Positions 1 to 7,455 of a stretch of 64,000 nucleotides of DNA are shown piece after piece. The notes below the pieces were generated by a model. The model was not told where the DNA came from, did not search any database, and was given only the letters and a program-made list of their open reading frames with translations. Origin of the DNA: Candidatus Latescibacterota bacterium. Its GTDB lineage: Bacteria; Latescibacterota; UBA2968; UBA8231. A program made the translations under genes and the position numbers. The DNA lies in the NCBI GenBank assembly GCA_965215195.1, contig CBDCDC010000002.1, positions 1,440,001-1,504,000 of the forward strand, given 5' to 3'. The first letter of the stretch is position 1. Every line of letters begins with the position of its first letter.

Positions 1-620
1 CGGCCCCTTGGCAGCTCGCCAAAGACCCAGCCCAGCGCGAGCGGTTGGGGACGGTGCTCTACAATATCGCCGAGGGGCTGCGCATTGCCTCGGTGCTGTT
101 GGAGCCGGCCATGCCGACCAAGGCGCGGCAGGTGCGCGCCGACTTGGGGCTGGGGGACTATGCGTTCGCCGATCTAGAGGCTTGGGGCCGGGCCGCGCCC
201 GGGACGAAAGTACCGGCGAAAGCGGACATTCTCTTCCCCAAGTCCGAGACCGCCCGGCCCAAGAAAGAGAAGCCGCCGAAGCAAGGGGAAGAACGCCAGA
301 TTTCCCTCGCCGAGTTTGCCAACGTGCAACTGCGCATCGCCGAAATCAAAAAAGCCGCCAAGGTCGCCAACGCCGATCAGCTACTAGAGCTGACGCTCGC
401 CGTGGGCGACGAGACGCGCACAGTGGTCAGCGGCATCGCCCGTTGGTATCGGCCCGAGGACCTGCCGGGCCGCAAGGTGGTTTTAGTGGCCAACCTCAAG
501 CCGGCCAAGCTGCGAGGCATTGTGTCCGAGGGCATGATTCTGGCGGCCGACGACGGCGCGGGGAACCTCGTGTTAGTCGGGCCAGAGCGGGACATCGCAG
601 CGGGGGCCGAGGTGCGGTAG
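1..620 (+). CDS. metG: methionyl-tRNA synthetase, C-terminal part (anticodon-binding end plus Trbp111-like domain); 5' end outside window
   Basis: LYNIAEGLRIASVLLEPAMP, ILFPK, RTVVSGIA, VANLKPAKLRGIVSEGMILA. Confidence 0.92.
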   Translation, partial: APWQLAKDPAQRERLGTVLYNIAEGLRIASVLLEPAMPTKARQVRADLGLGDYAFADLEAWGRAAPGTKVPAKADILFPKSETARPKKEKPPKQGEERQISLAEFANVQLRIAEIKKAAKVANADQLLELTLAVGDETRTVVSGIARWYRPEDLPGRKVVLVANLKPAKLRGIVSEGMILAADDGAGNLVLVGPERDIAAGAEVR

Positions 621-649
621 GTCCCTGCGCCGCTCGCGACAAAAATCAT

Positions 650-679
650 TTGACATGGTTCTGCGGCTTTTGTCATATT
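650..679 (+). promoter_or_regulatory. sigma70-type promoter driving the downstream structured RNA
   Basis: TTGACA at 650-655, 18-nt spacer ending TGn, CATATT at 674-679. Confidence 0.6.
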
Positions 680-803
680 AAAGTTAAGACGGGTTCAGGG
701 GCCTGAAGCCTCTGTTGCCGCCACGCTGAGGCTCGAGGCTACGCGAGCGAGCCAGCCCGGCTTTGCAACTAGCCGCCACGACGCGCAGAGTTGGAGTATA
801 GAT

Positions 804-875
804 ATGAGGCGCGCACAAGCGAAAGGAGGTGGTCCATTGAGTAGTAACCGTACCGCAGGGAGGTTGATCACTTGA
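804..875 (+). CDS. putative 23-aa small peptide MRRAQAKGGGPLSSNRTAGRLIT; alternative in-frame TTG start at 837
   Basis: GGAG 7 nt before ATG 804; GGAGG 7 nt before TTG 837; TGA stop lies within a hairpin. Confidence 0.35.
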   Translation: MRRAQAKGGGPLSSNRTAGRLIT

Positions 876-944
876 TCAACTCCAGGTGATCGACTACCTG
901 GTCAGAAGCACAGTCGCCTCGGCGACATAGCTTCTGAGAGTACA

Positions 945-985
945 GCCGGGCGCATCCCATCTTAGTGGGTGCGTCCGGTTTTTTT
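945..985 (+). terminator. intrinsic terminator
   Basis: gccgggcgcatcccat-cttag-tgggtgcgtccggt followed by a T-run. Confidence 0.8.
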
Positions 986-1051
986 ATTCGCGCTGCCCTA
1001 GGTTGGTTCCCGCGCGGTATTTTTGCCATATTGTCCGCGAGGAGGTCGTCT

Positions 1052-2023
1052 ATGAAACGCATTGCCAAGCCCGCAGGGGCCTATAACATCGCAGTAGAAG
1101 AGGTCGAGATTCCGGCTATTGCCCGGACCGAGATTTTGATTCGCGCCCAATGTTCGCTAATCAGCCGAGGCTCGGAGATTTGGCGTCGCTACGTGCGCGA
1201 AGAGGCGATCGACCACCGCGCCATGGGCTACTCATTGGTAGGCCGGGTCGCAGAAGTCGGCGCGGAGGTCGAAGAGTTCAAAACCGGCGATCTGGTCGCG
1301 GCACTCGCGCCGCACGCCGAATACGTGGCGGTCGAAGTTGTGGCCAGCCAGCACAAGCCGGCGGCCGTGCGCCTGCCGGTGGGCCTGTCGCCCGAAGCGG
1401 GCACCTTCTGGCCACTGGGAACCAGCTCGGTTCTGTGGATGTGGGAGACCGGGGCCGGGCCGGACGATGTCATGGTCATACAGGGGCAGGGCTTGGTCGG
1501 CAGCGGTTGTATGCAGGCCGCCAAGGCACAGGGGGCGGGGCGCGTCATTGGGATTGAGGCGTTGCCCTTGCGCTGCGAGCTGGCGCACGCGCTAGGGGCC
1601 GACGCAGTGATCGACGCCAGCACTGGCGACCCTGTCGCACAGGTCTTGGAGCGGACCGGCGGAGAGGGAGCCGACATCGTGGTCGAAGCCGTGGGCGGGC
1701 GGGCCGGGGCGCAGGCTTTTGCCGAGGCGCAGGACATGCTCAAGCGCGGCGGCCTCTTGCAGGTGCTGGGCCTATACGAAAACGAACCCCTGCCGCTCTA
1801 TTCAGAAAAAATCATGGGCAAGCGCCTCGTGGGCAGCTACCTCGACCCCAGTCGGCGGCCCGCAGGATCGGCCCGTGCGCTAGAGCTGTTGGCTACGGAC
1901 CAGATCCAGTTCGCCAAGATGATCACCCACCGCTTCCCCTACGCCGAAGCGGCCGCGGCCTTCGACTTGCTCTACAATCGGTTGGGCGAGACGATGGCGG
2001 TATTGCTGCTGTGGGACAACTGA
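1052..2023 (+). CDS. zinc-binding (MDR) alcohol dehydrogenase family protein
   Basis: SLISRGSE, MGYSLVG, GQGLVG Rossmann motif, ITHRFP; RBS aggagg before ATG 1052. Confidence 0.85.
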   Translation: MKRIAKPAGAYNIAVEEVEIPAIARTEILIRAQCSLISRGSEIWRRYVREEAIDHRAMGYSLVGRVAEVGAEVEEFKTGDLVAALAPHAEYVAVEVVASQHKPAAVRLPVGLSPEAGTFWPLGTSSVLWMWETGAGPDDVMVIQGQGLVGSGCMQAAKAQGAGRVIGIEALPLRCELAHALGADAVIDASTGDPVAQVLERTGGEGADIVVEAVGGRAGAQAFAEAQDMLKRGGLLQVLGLYENEPLPLYSEKIMGKRLVGSYLDPSRRPAGSARALELLATDQIQFAKMITHRFPYAEAAAAFDLLYNRLGETMAVLLLWDN

Positions 2024-2037
2024 CTTAGGAGACGACG

Positions 2038-2739
2038 ATGAGTAGGACTATAGAGAAGCTCTTCCGCGCCCCCTACGGGGTGCCCAACGCGCTACAAGTA
2101 GTAGAAGAAGGCCTGTGGATTACCGATCAAATTACCGACCGGGTGGCGCTGGTCGAAATCGCCGAGCCGTCTGAATACGGCGTCACCCGCCTAATCCGCG
2201 ACATTCCCAGCGAGTCGTCCAATACCAGCGGCATGGCTTGGGGCGGCGATTCGCTGTGGTTGGCAGCCAACGGAGCGGGTACGCTCTGGCGGCCCGCCCG
2301 GCCAACGGACGCCGCGCAAGGGGCGGGCGAAATTTTCGAGCTCAACCCAGCCACCGGCGCGACCCGCAACCGCTATCCGGTGCCCGGCGGGGGCGGAGTT
2401 CACGGGATGGAGTACGATCCGTTTGCAGAGGGCTACGTGTGGCTCACCACCCTCAAGAACCAGACCCTGAGCAAAGTCAAGATCGCCGGCTGGTCGGTTG
2501 AGCACGTGCTGGCACTGCCCTACGGGCGAGCGCACGGCGTGGTGCGGGTCGCCGACGGCATCTGGGTGGTGCATACGTCCGACCACGCGATCGTCAAGCT
2601 CGACGTGGAGAGCGGGGCCGAGTTGGATCGAGTTGTGGTGCCCGACAGCGACCCGCAGCCGCATGGCCTGTCGATTTTTGGCGAGGATTTGCTCTATTGC
2701 GACGCCACCTCTGGATGGGTCGTCAAAATCAATCTGTGA
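2038..2739 (+). CDS. beta-propeller protein (glutaminyl cyclase/Vgb-like), function unknown
   Basis: Repeated blades SGMAWGGDSLW, HGMEYD, AHGVVR..GIW, PHGLSI. Confidence 0.6.
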   Translation: MSRTIEKLFRAPYGVPNALQVVEEGLWITDQITDRVALVEIAEPSEYGVTRLIRDIPSESSNTSGMAWGGDSLWLAANGAGTLWRPARPTDAAQGAGEIFELNPATGATRNRYPVPGGGGVHGMEYDPFAEGYVWLTTLKNQTLSKVKIAGWSVEHVLALPYGRAHGVVRVADGIWVVHTSDHAIVKLDVESGAELDRVVVPDSDPQPHGLSIFGEDLLYCDATSGWVVKINL

Positions 2740-2758
2740 GGCGCGGGAAGGGAAAGGC

Positions 2759-3247
2759 ATGGCTGGCAAGTACTGGCTCGTCAAGTGCGAACTCCACGAG
2801 TGCTCCTTTGACGAGCTGAAGCAGCGTCCGCAAAGCACGGGCCACTGGCGAGGTGTGCGCAACTACCAAGCGCGCAATTTTATTCGCGACAGCATGGAAG
2901 AGGGGGATCTGGCGTTCTTCTATCACTCCAATTGCGACGAGCCCGGGATCGCTGGAATCGCGACCATCGCAAAAGCAGGCTATCCCGACCCCAGCCAATT
3001 CGACGACCAGCACCGCTACTACGACGAAAAATCCACCCAAGACGAGCCGCGCTGGTTCTCCTTCGACGTGCAGTGGAAGTGCAAATTCAAACGGTTTGTC
3101 CACCTCGCCAACCTCAAGGCCAACGATAAGCTCGCCGACATGCGGGTGGTGCAGCCGGGCCAGCGGCTGTCGATCCAGCCGGTCGCCGAGCAGGAGTGGA
3201 GGGAAGTCTGCAAGATGGGAGGCGTCACGCTTACAGAGGAGGTTTGA
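2759..3247 (+). CDS. EVE domain protein (Thy28-like)
   Basis: YWLVKCE, WRGVRNYQARNF, FFYHSNC, YPDPSQFD, RLSIQPV. Confidence 0.92.
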   Translation: MAGKYWLVKCELHECSFDELKQRPQSTGHWRGVRNYQARNFIRDSMEEGDLAFFYHSNCDEPGIAGIATIAKAGYPDPSQFDDQHRYYDEKSTQDEPRWFSFDVQWKCKFKRFVHLANLKANDKLADMRVVQPGQRLSIQPVAEQEWREVCKMGGVTLTEEV

Positions 3248-3249
3248 AC

Positions 3250-3471
3250 ATGGCGACCAGTAGAACCATTTATAAGTACCACTTCAAGTTGGGCAATAGA
3301 ATTGTCCACACAGGCATCACCAGAGACATTGATCGCCGCGAGGCCGAGCATCGGCGAAAACTTGGCTGGGGAAGGGGCCACATTGTGCAGATCGGTAGGC
3401 GCACCACCCAAGAAGCTGCGCTACAGTGGGAAGCGGAACAGCGACGACAGGGCAAGCCGACAGGGCCGTAA
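3250..3471 (+). CDS. minimal GIY-YIG-like nuclease (73 aa)
   Basis: IYKY...HTGITRDIDRREAEH...AALQWE; RBS gaggagg inside the EVE 3' end. Confidence 0.65.
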   Translation: MATSRTIYKYHFKLGNRIVHTGITRDIDRREAEHRRKLGWGRGHIVQIGRRTTQEAALQWEAEQRRQGKPTGP

Positions 3472-3641
3472 CCCGGGGATATGGACATTAGCCCGCGAAA
3501 AGAAGAGGCTTACCGACGGCATTCGCCCGGCCTCGACACTGAGCCAGACTCGCTGACTGCGTACCGTAATCGGTCGTTGAGCAGGGCCTCCAGCCAGCCG
3601 CGGCCACAACCACCAAGATACATAAGCTAAGGAAAGGCGAA

Positions 3642-4226
3642 ATGGCTAACATGCCCCTCGTCATCCTAATCGGCGACTCGATCCGCATGGGTTATCAGGA
3701 CCACGTCGCCAGCCAGTTGGCGGGCCGAGCCGAGGTCTGGGCACCCGAACAAAACGGCGGCGACAGCCGCAAGGTACTCGCACATCTGGACCCGTGGGTT
3801 CTCGTGCGCCAGCCGAATCTGGTACACGTCAATTGTGGGCTGCACGATTTGAAAAGGGCCTTTGGCGCAGCATCCGAAGTTCCCTTGGCCGAATACGAGC
3901 GCAACGTGCGGCAGATACTGCAAAGGTTGCAACGCGTGCTGAACGGAGCCGTCGTCTGGGCCACAACCACGCCGGTGGACGAAGCTGGACACCACCAGAA
4001 CAAGGGCTTTGACCGCCTAGAGGCCGATGTAGAAGCCTACAACGCGGCGGCCTGCGCCGTGGCGGAGGATCTCGGTGTGCCGATTGACGACCTCTTTGCC
4101 GTTGTTCAACGTGCAGGGAAGGCACAGCTTTTGACTCAAGACGGGGTGCATTTTACCGCGGCGGGATCGCAGCTCTTGGCACGTGCGGTGGCCGAATGCA
4201 TCTGGGGGCATCTGTCGGACCGCTGA
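3642..4226 (+). CDS. SGNH/GDSL hydrolase
   Basis: LIGDSI, NCGLHD, DGVHF. Confidence 0.9.
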   Translation: MANMPLVILIGDSIRMGYQDHVASQLAGRAEVWAPEQNGGDSRKVLAHLDPWVLVRQPNLVHVNCGLHDLKRAFGAASEVPLAEYERNVRQILQRLQRVLNGAVVWATTTPVDEAGHHQNKGFDRLEADVEAYNAAACAVAEDLGVPIDDLFAVVQRAGKAQLLTQDGVHFTAAGSQLLARAVAECIWGHLSDR

Positions 4227-4228
4227 TT

Positions 4229-4372
4229 ATGGAATCAGCCACAGCGCAATTAGCCCAGACGCGGCGGGAGCGGGCGCAGCAAATCGCCGCAGCCGGGGAT
4301 CTTGGGGTGCTGGGCCGCCGCATCGACACCACAGTATCCGAGGCGCTAGTCTTGGGGATATGCTCAAGTTGA
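4229..4372 (+). pseudogene. 47-codon N-terminal stump, possibly of an IolD-like TPP enzyme
   Basis: MESATAQLAQTRRERAQQIAAAGDLGVLGRRIDTTVSEALVLG; starts 2 nt after the SGNH stop and breaks where lower-GC DNA begins; family recalled from memory. Confidence 0.35.
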
Positions 4373-4428
4373 TCCAAGGAGAAAAGGTACAAAGCAGCAA
4401 GGTGACTTTATTGCATTAGGAGGGCGTT

Positions 4429-5433
4429 ATGTGGTTGAAACCAACAATAGGGCGTTCCATCATGTTATGGATCGCCTTATTGCATATAGGGACTCCCATC
4501 GTCTATGCTCGTGATGTAGGGGATAGGCTTTATCCCATTCTCGAGATCACGGATCGTCAGTTGGAAGCCTTTGACTTGACGGATGGATCGCTAGAGGAAT
4601 GGAAGACGTATCTATCGGCTTCTGTGCTAAATCGGTTGGATTTTGAGGACTTCGGTTATTTGTACGGTTCCGCGAAGCGGAGCGAATCAAGCCTGCCTGA
4701 CCCCAACGATCTGGACTTCCAATTCTGGCTAGGATGGAACCAATCGACGAATCGACTTTATGTGGCCGCCGAGCGCTTTGACAATGTGCATTTGAATGCG
4801 TATGAAGGTAGGAACGAAAACTGGTACGAAAGCGGGGAGCTAGACCCGATCTGGGCTTATGATTCGCTTGAATTGCTCGTCGATGGCGACCACAGCGGCG
4901 GGGAGTATGGCTTCCATCCCGACTGTTGTGCTACCGAAGAAGAGTGGAAGCAGGTGCAAAACAGCCAAGCGCAACAGTATTACGTACTTGCTCAGAGTCC
5001 GAAGGGCCAACTTATAAAGTATTCGGGGGTAGGGCTATGGGTGAATAGGCCGCCCTATGCTGCTGCTGGCGGCGCGATATCGCCATCGCCTCTATTGCGC
5101 CGCGTCGATAGGTGGGTCGGAGAGACGCATAGGATCGTAACCGAATTTTACGTTACTGCCTTCGACTCATTGGTTTGGGATAGTCCGGAAGCCAGCAAAG
5201 TATCCCCGCTCTTTCCCAACAAGATCATTGGATTCAGTCTGTCTGTGTCGGATTTCGATACCGCCCCCTATGACTATCATGGATTTCACAGTTTGTATGT
5301 AGGATCATCGGCGACTTGGCACAATGCGGACTATTTTGTGGATGGGCTGCTCGTGGAGGCACCGGCGACGGTTGTCGAGAGTTGGTCGTGGGGGCGGATC
5401 AAGGCGGCATTCGGGTTTGCGGACGGAGAGTGA
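4429..5433 (+). CDS. secreted CBM9/DOMON-like protein with C-terminal SWGRIK tail
   Basis: Signal-like N-terminus; DGSLEEW, GWN..TNRLYVA, DSLELLVDGDHSGG; TVVESWSWGRIKAAF; lower GC. Confidence 0.7.
   Translation: MWLKPTIGRSIMLWIALLHIGTPIVYARDVGDRLYPILEITDRQLEAFDLTDGSLEEWKTYLSASVLNRLDFEDFGYLYGSAKRSESSLPDPNDLDFQFWLGWNQSTNRLYVAAERFDNVHLNAYEGRNENWYESGELDPIWAYDSLELLVDGDHSGGEYGFHPDCCATEEEWKQVQNSQAQQYYVLAQSPKGQLIKYSGVGLWVNRPPYAAAGGAISPSPLLRRVDRWVGETHRIVTEFYVTAFDSLVWDSPEASKVSPLFPNKIIGFSLSVSDFDTAPYDYHGFHSLYVGSSATWHNADYFVDGLLVEAPATVVESWSWGRIKAAFGFADGE
4431..4489 (+). repeat. 59-bp direct repeat copy 1, internally palindromic
   Basis: gtggttgaaaccaacaatagggcgttccatcatgttatggatcgccttattgcatatag; 4 mismatches to 5467-5525. 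Confidence 0.9.
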
Positions 5434-5466
5434 GGGGCATCCGTTATGCACAAGCCCTTGACGCGG

Positions 5467-5525
5467 GTGATTGCAACCAACAATAGGGCGTTCCATCGCG
5501 TTATGGATCGCCTTATTGCATATAG
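5467..5525 (+). repeat. 59-bp direct repeat copy 2
   Basis: gtgattgcaaccaacaatagggcgttccatcgcgttatggatcgccttattgcatatag. Confidence 0.9.
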
Positions 5526-5574
5526 ATGCCCTTGAGGGTTCGACGGATGGGGCAATAGAGGAAAGGAGATTTTT

Positions 5575-6588
5575 ATGAAAATTGCCATGTTGCATGGTCC
5601 GCGAGACTTGCGGATTGAAGATCTGACGCTGGACACGGAGAACTTGGAGGACGACCAAATTTGGGTCGAGACCGAGATCACCGGGTTTAAGATCGGCACG
5701 GACCGCGGCAACTACGAAGGGGCCGAGCAGGTGCCCGGGGCACCGGATTTTCCGCGCTGGGTGGGCGACAGCAACTTGGGCGTGGTGCGCGGTGTCGGCA
5801 GCAAGGTCGCCAAGTTCGCAGTGGGGGACCGGGTGGTGTCGCGGCATCCCCATCAGTCGGCGTACGTGGCGCGAGACAGCGAGAGCATCGTGCAGGTCCC
5901 GGACGGGGTTGCGGCCGAAGACGCGGTATTCGCCCATTTGTACGCCTTGAGCATGCATTGCTACAGCAAGGCTTTTTTCGCGCCTGGTGAGACCGTGGCC
6001 GTCGTGGGGTTGGGCGTCTTGGGGCTGGGGGCGGTGGCCCTAGGCCCGCTTTTTGGGGCGCGGGTCGTGGGGCTGGGCAACAGCCTAGTGCGGCTGGATA
6101 TGGCGCGCGAGATGGGGGCGCACGAGGCCCTGTTGTCAGACGACCCGGCGCTAGCGGCCAAGCTGGACGAATTCACCCGCGGGCAGGGGATCGACTTGGT
6201 GATCCTGACGGCCAACCCTTGGCCGGCCTACCGTACGGCCATGGAAGTAGTCCGGCCCAACGGGCGGGTGTCCATCGTCAGCTTGCCCGGGCGGGGCGAA
6301 GCGCCGCTAAATTTTAACCCGTTGGACATGCGCTGGTTTTACTTCAAGGGCGTTTCGCTCTGCGCCGTCAACGACCGGGCCGGGTCGCTCTTTCCGCCGC
6401 CGAGCGGAGACCGCTTTGACAACGACAGCCGCTGCGCCCACGTGCTCTCCCTGATGCAAGAGGGCAAGCTCCAGCCGAGCCGCCTGGTCACCCACCGGCT
6501 GCACTACTCGGACATGGTCCAAGCCTACGAAATGGCGTACCGCCGCGAGAAAAACATGCTCAACGTGGTATTCAACTGGAAGGACTAA
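5575..6588 (+). CDS. zinc-binding (MDR) dehydrogenase family protein
   Basis: LHGPRDLRIED, VVGLGVLG, LVTHRL. Confidence 0.85.
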   Translation: MKIAMLHGPRDLRIEDLTLDTENLEDDQIWVETEITGFKIGTDRGNYEGAEQVPGAPDFPRWVGDSNLGVVRGVGSKVAKFAVGDRVVSRHPHQSAYVARDSESIVQVPDGVAAEDAVFAHLYALSMHCYSKAFFAPGETVAVVGLGVLGLGAVALGPLFGARVVGLGNSLVRLDMAREMGAHEALLSDDPALAAKLDEFTRGQGIDLVILTANPWPAYRTAMEVVRPNGRVSIVSLPGRGEAPLNFNPLDMRWFYFKGVSLCAVNDRAGSLFPPPSGDRFDNDSRCAHVLSLMQEGKLQPSRLVTHRLHYSDMVQAYEMAYRREKNMLNVVFNWKD

Positions 6589-6589
6589 A

Positions 6590-7435
6590 GTGCTTATGGA
6601 CCTGCTGCCCACGACCAATGCCGACGGGCGCGACGTCGTCCCGATGACCGCGGCCCAGCAGTACCTCTTCGACCTCAAGGGATTTATCCTCTTGCCCGCC
6701 CTGTTGAGCGAAGAAGAGCTGGTGCCGATTCGCGCACACCAACACAAGTTCCTCTACGAACGCGAGTCCCTGCGGCCGCACGAGCGCGACAATCACGGCG
6801 GCCCGTCGCAGATCTTGCTCGACCACCCGGCCGTAGTGGGCGTGCTCAACGAAGTGCTCTCGCACCAGGTGCTGGCCAGCGAAGCGTGCTACGGGTTTCG
6901 CTACGACCACACCTACACCAGCCATCGCCAAGCCGGGCACGACAACTTCGGCCCGCACGGCGGCGGCGGGTACTTCAACTTTCGCGGCAACTCGCATATC
7001 TACCAGATGCAGCCGGGCAAGGTGCATTCCGGGCTGACGCGGGTGGTGTGGGAGCTCAACGAAGTCGGCGCGGGCGACGGAGGTACGCTCTTTTTGCCGG
7101 GCAGCCACAAGGCCGCCTTCCCCCGGCCCGAAGAGCTGAGCCAGCGCGACAGCGCCCTGTGGGAGAGCTATACCTGCCCGGCCGGTTCGGCCGTGATCTT
7201 CACCGAGGCCCTGTGCCATTCGGGCACGCGCTGGACCAATCAGCAGCGAGACCGGCTGAGCTTGTTTACCTGCTACGACACGGTCAACGCCAAGTGGGGC
7301 AAGGGTTGCCCGTCCGCCGAAGTGGTCGCCTCGTTCCCCGAGAAGCGCCGCACCCTCTTCCGGGGCGTGTGGCACGGGATGAGCGACGTGCCCGGCATCA
7401 ACAAGTACTACGAAGCCGCCAACCAAGCCGTTTGA
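6590..7435 (+). CDS. phytanoyl-CoA dioxygenase (PhyH) family protein
   Basis: QYLFDLKGF, GGTLFLPGSHK, FTEALCHSG. Confidence 0.85.
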   Translation: MLMDLLPTTNADGRDVVPMTAAQQYLFDLKGFILLPALLSEEELVPIRAHQHKFLYERESLRPHERDNHGGPSQILLDHPAVVGVLNEVLSHQVLASEACYGFRYDHTYTSHRQAGHDNFGPHGGGGYFNFRGNSHIYQMQPGKVHSGLTRVVWELNEVGAGDGGTLFLPGSHKAAFPRPEELSQRDSALWESYTCPAGSAVIFTEALCHSGTRWTNQQRDRLSLFTCYDTVNAKWGKGCPSAEVVASFPEKRRTLFRGVWHGMSDVPGINKYYEAANQAV

Positions 7436-7455
7436 ACCCGACGAAAGAATGCTAC

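Larger units (their letters stand above)
686..985 (+). ncRNA. candidate ~300-nt structured RNA or sORF-bearing transcript, family unassigned
   Basis: Bounded by a promoter and an intrinsic terminator; several hairpins; GCCGCCACG occurs twice; GAAAGGAGGTGGTCCA at 821-836. Confidence 0.55.

Noticed and set aside
821-836. 16S rRNA gene fragment on the minus strand
   Set aside because: The match is limited to 16 nt and the flanks are not rRNA-like.
686-985. 6S RNA, tmRNA, RNase P RNA or SRP RNA
   Set aside because: No long closing rod pairing the ends, no tRNA-like ends, no GAGGAAAGTCC and no SRP loop were seen.
4431-5525. CRISPR array or integron attC sites
   Set aside because: Only two copies about 1 kb apart, no cas or intI gene, and no clear RYYYAAC/GTTRRRY box pair.
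6886-7455. 190-aa N-terminal extension of PolA in the ORF track
   Set aside because: It overlaps the PhyH gene in another frame; PolA homology begins at 7456.
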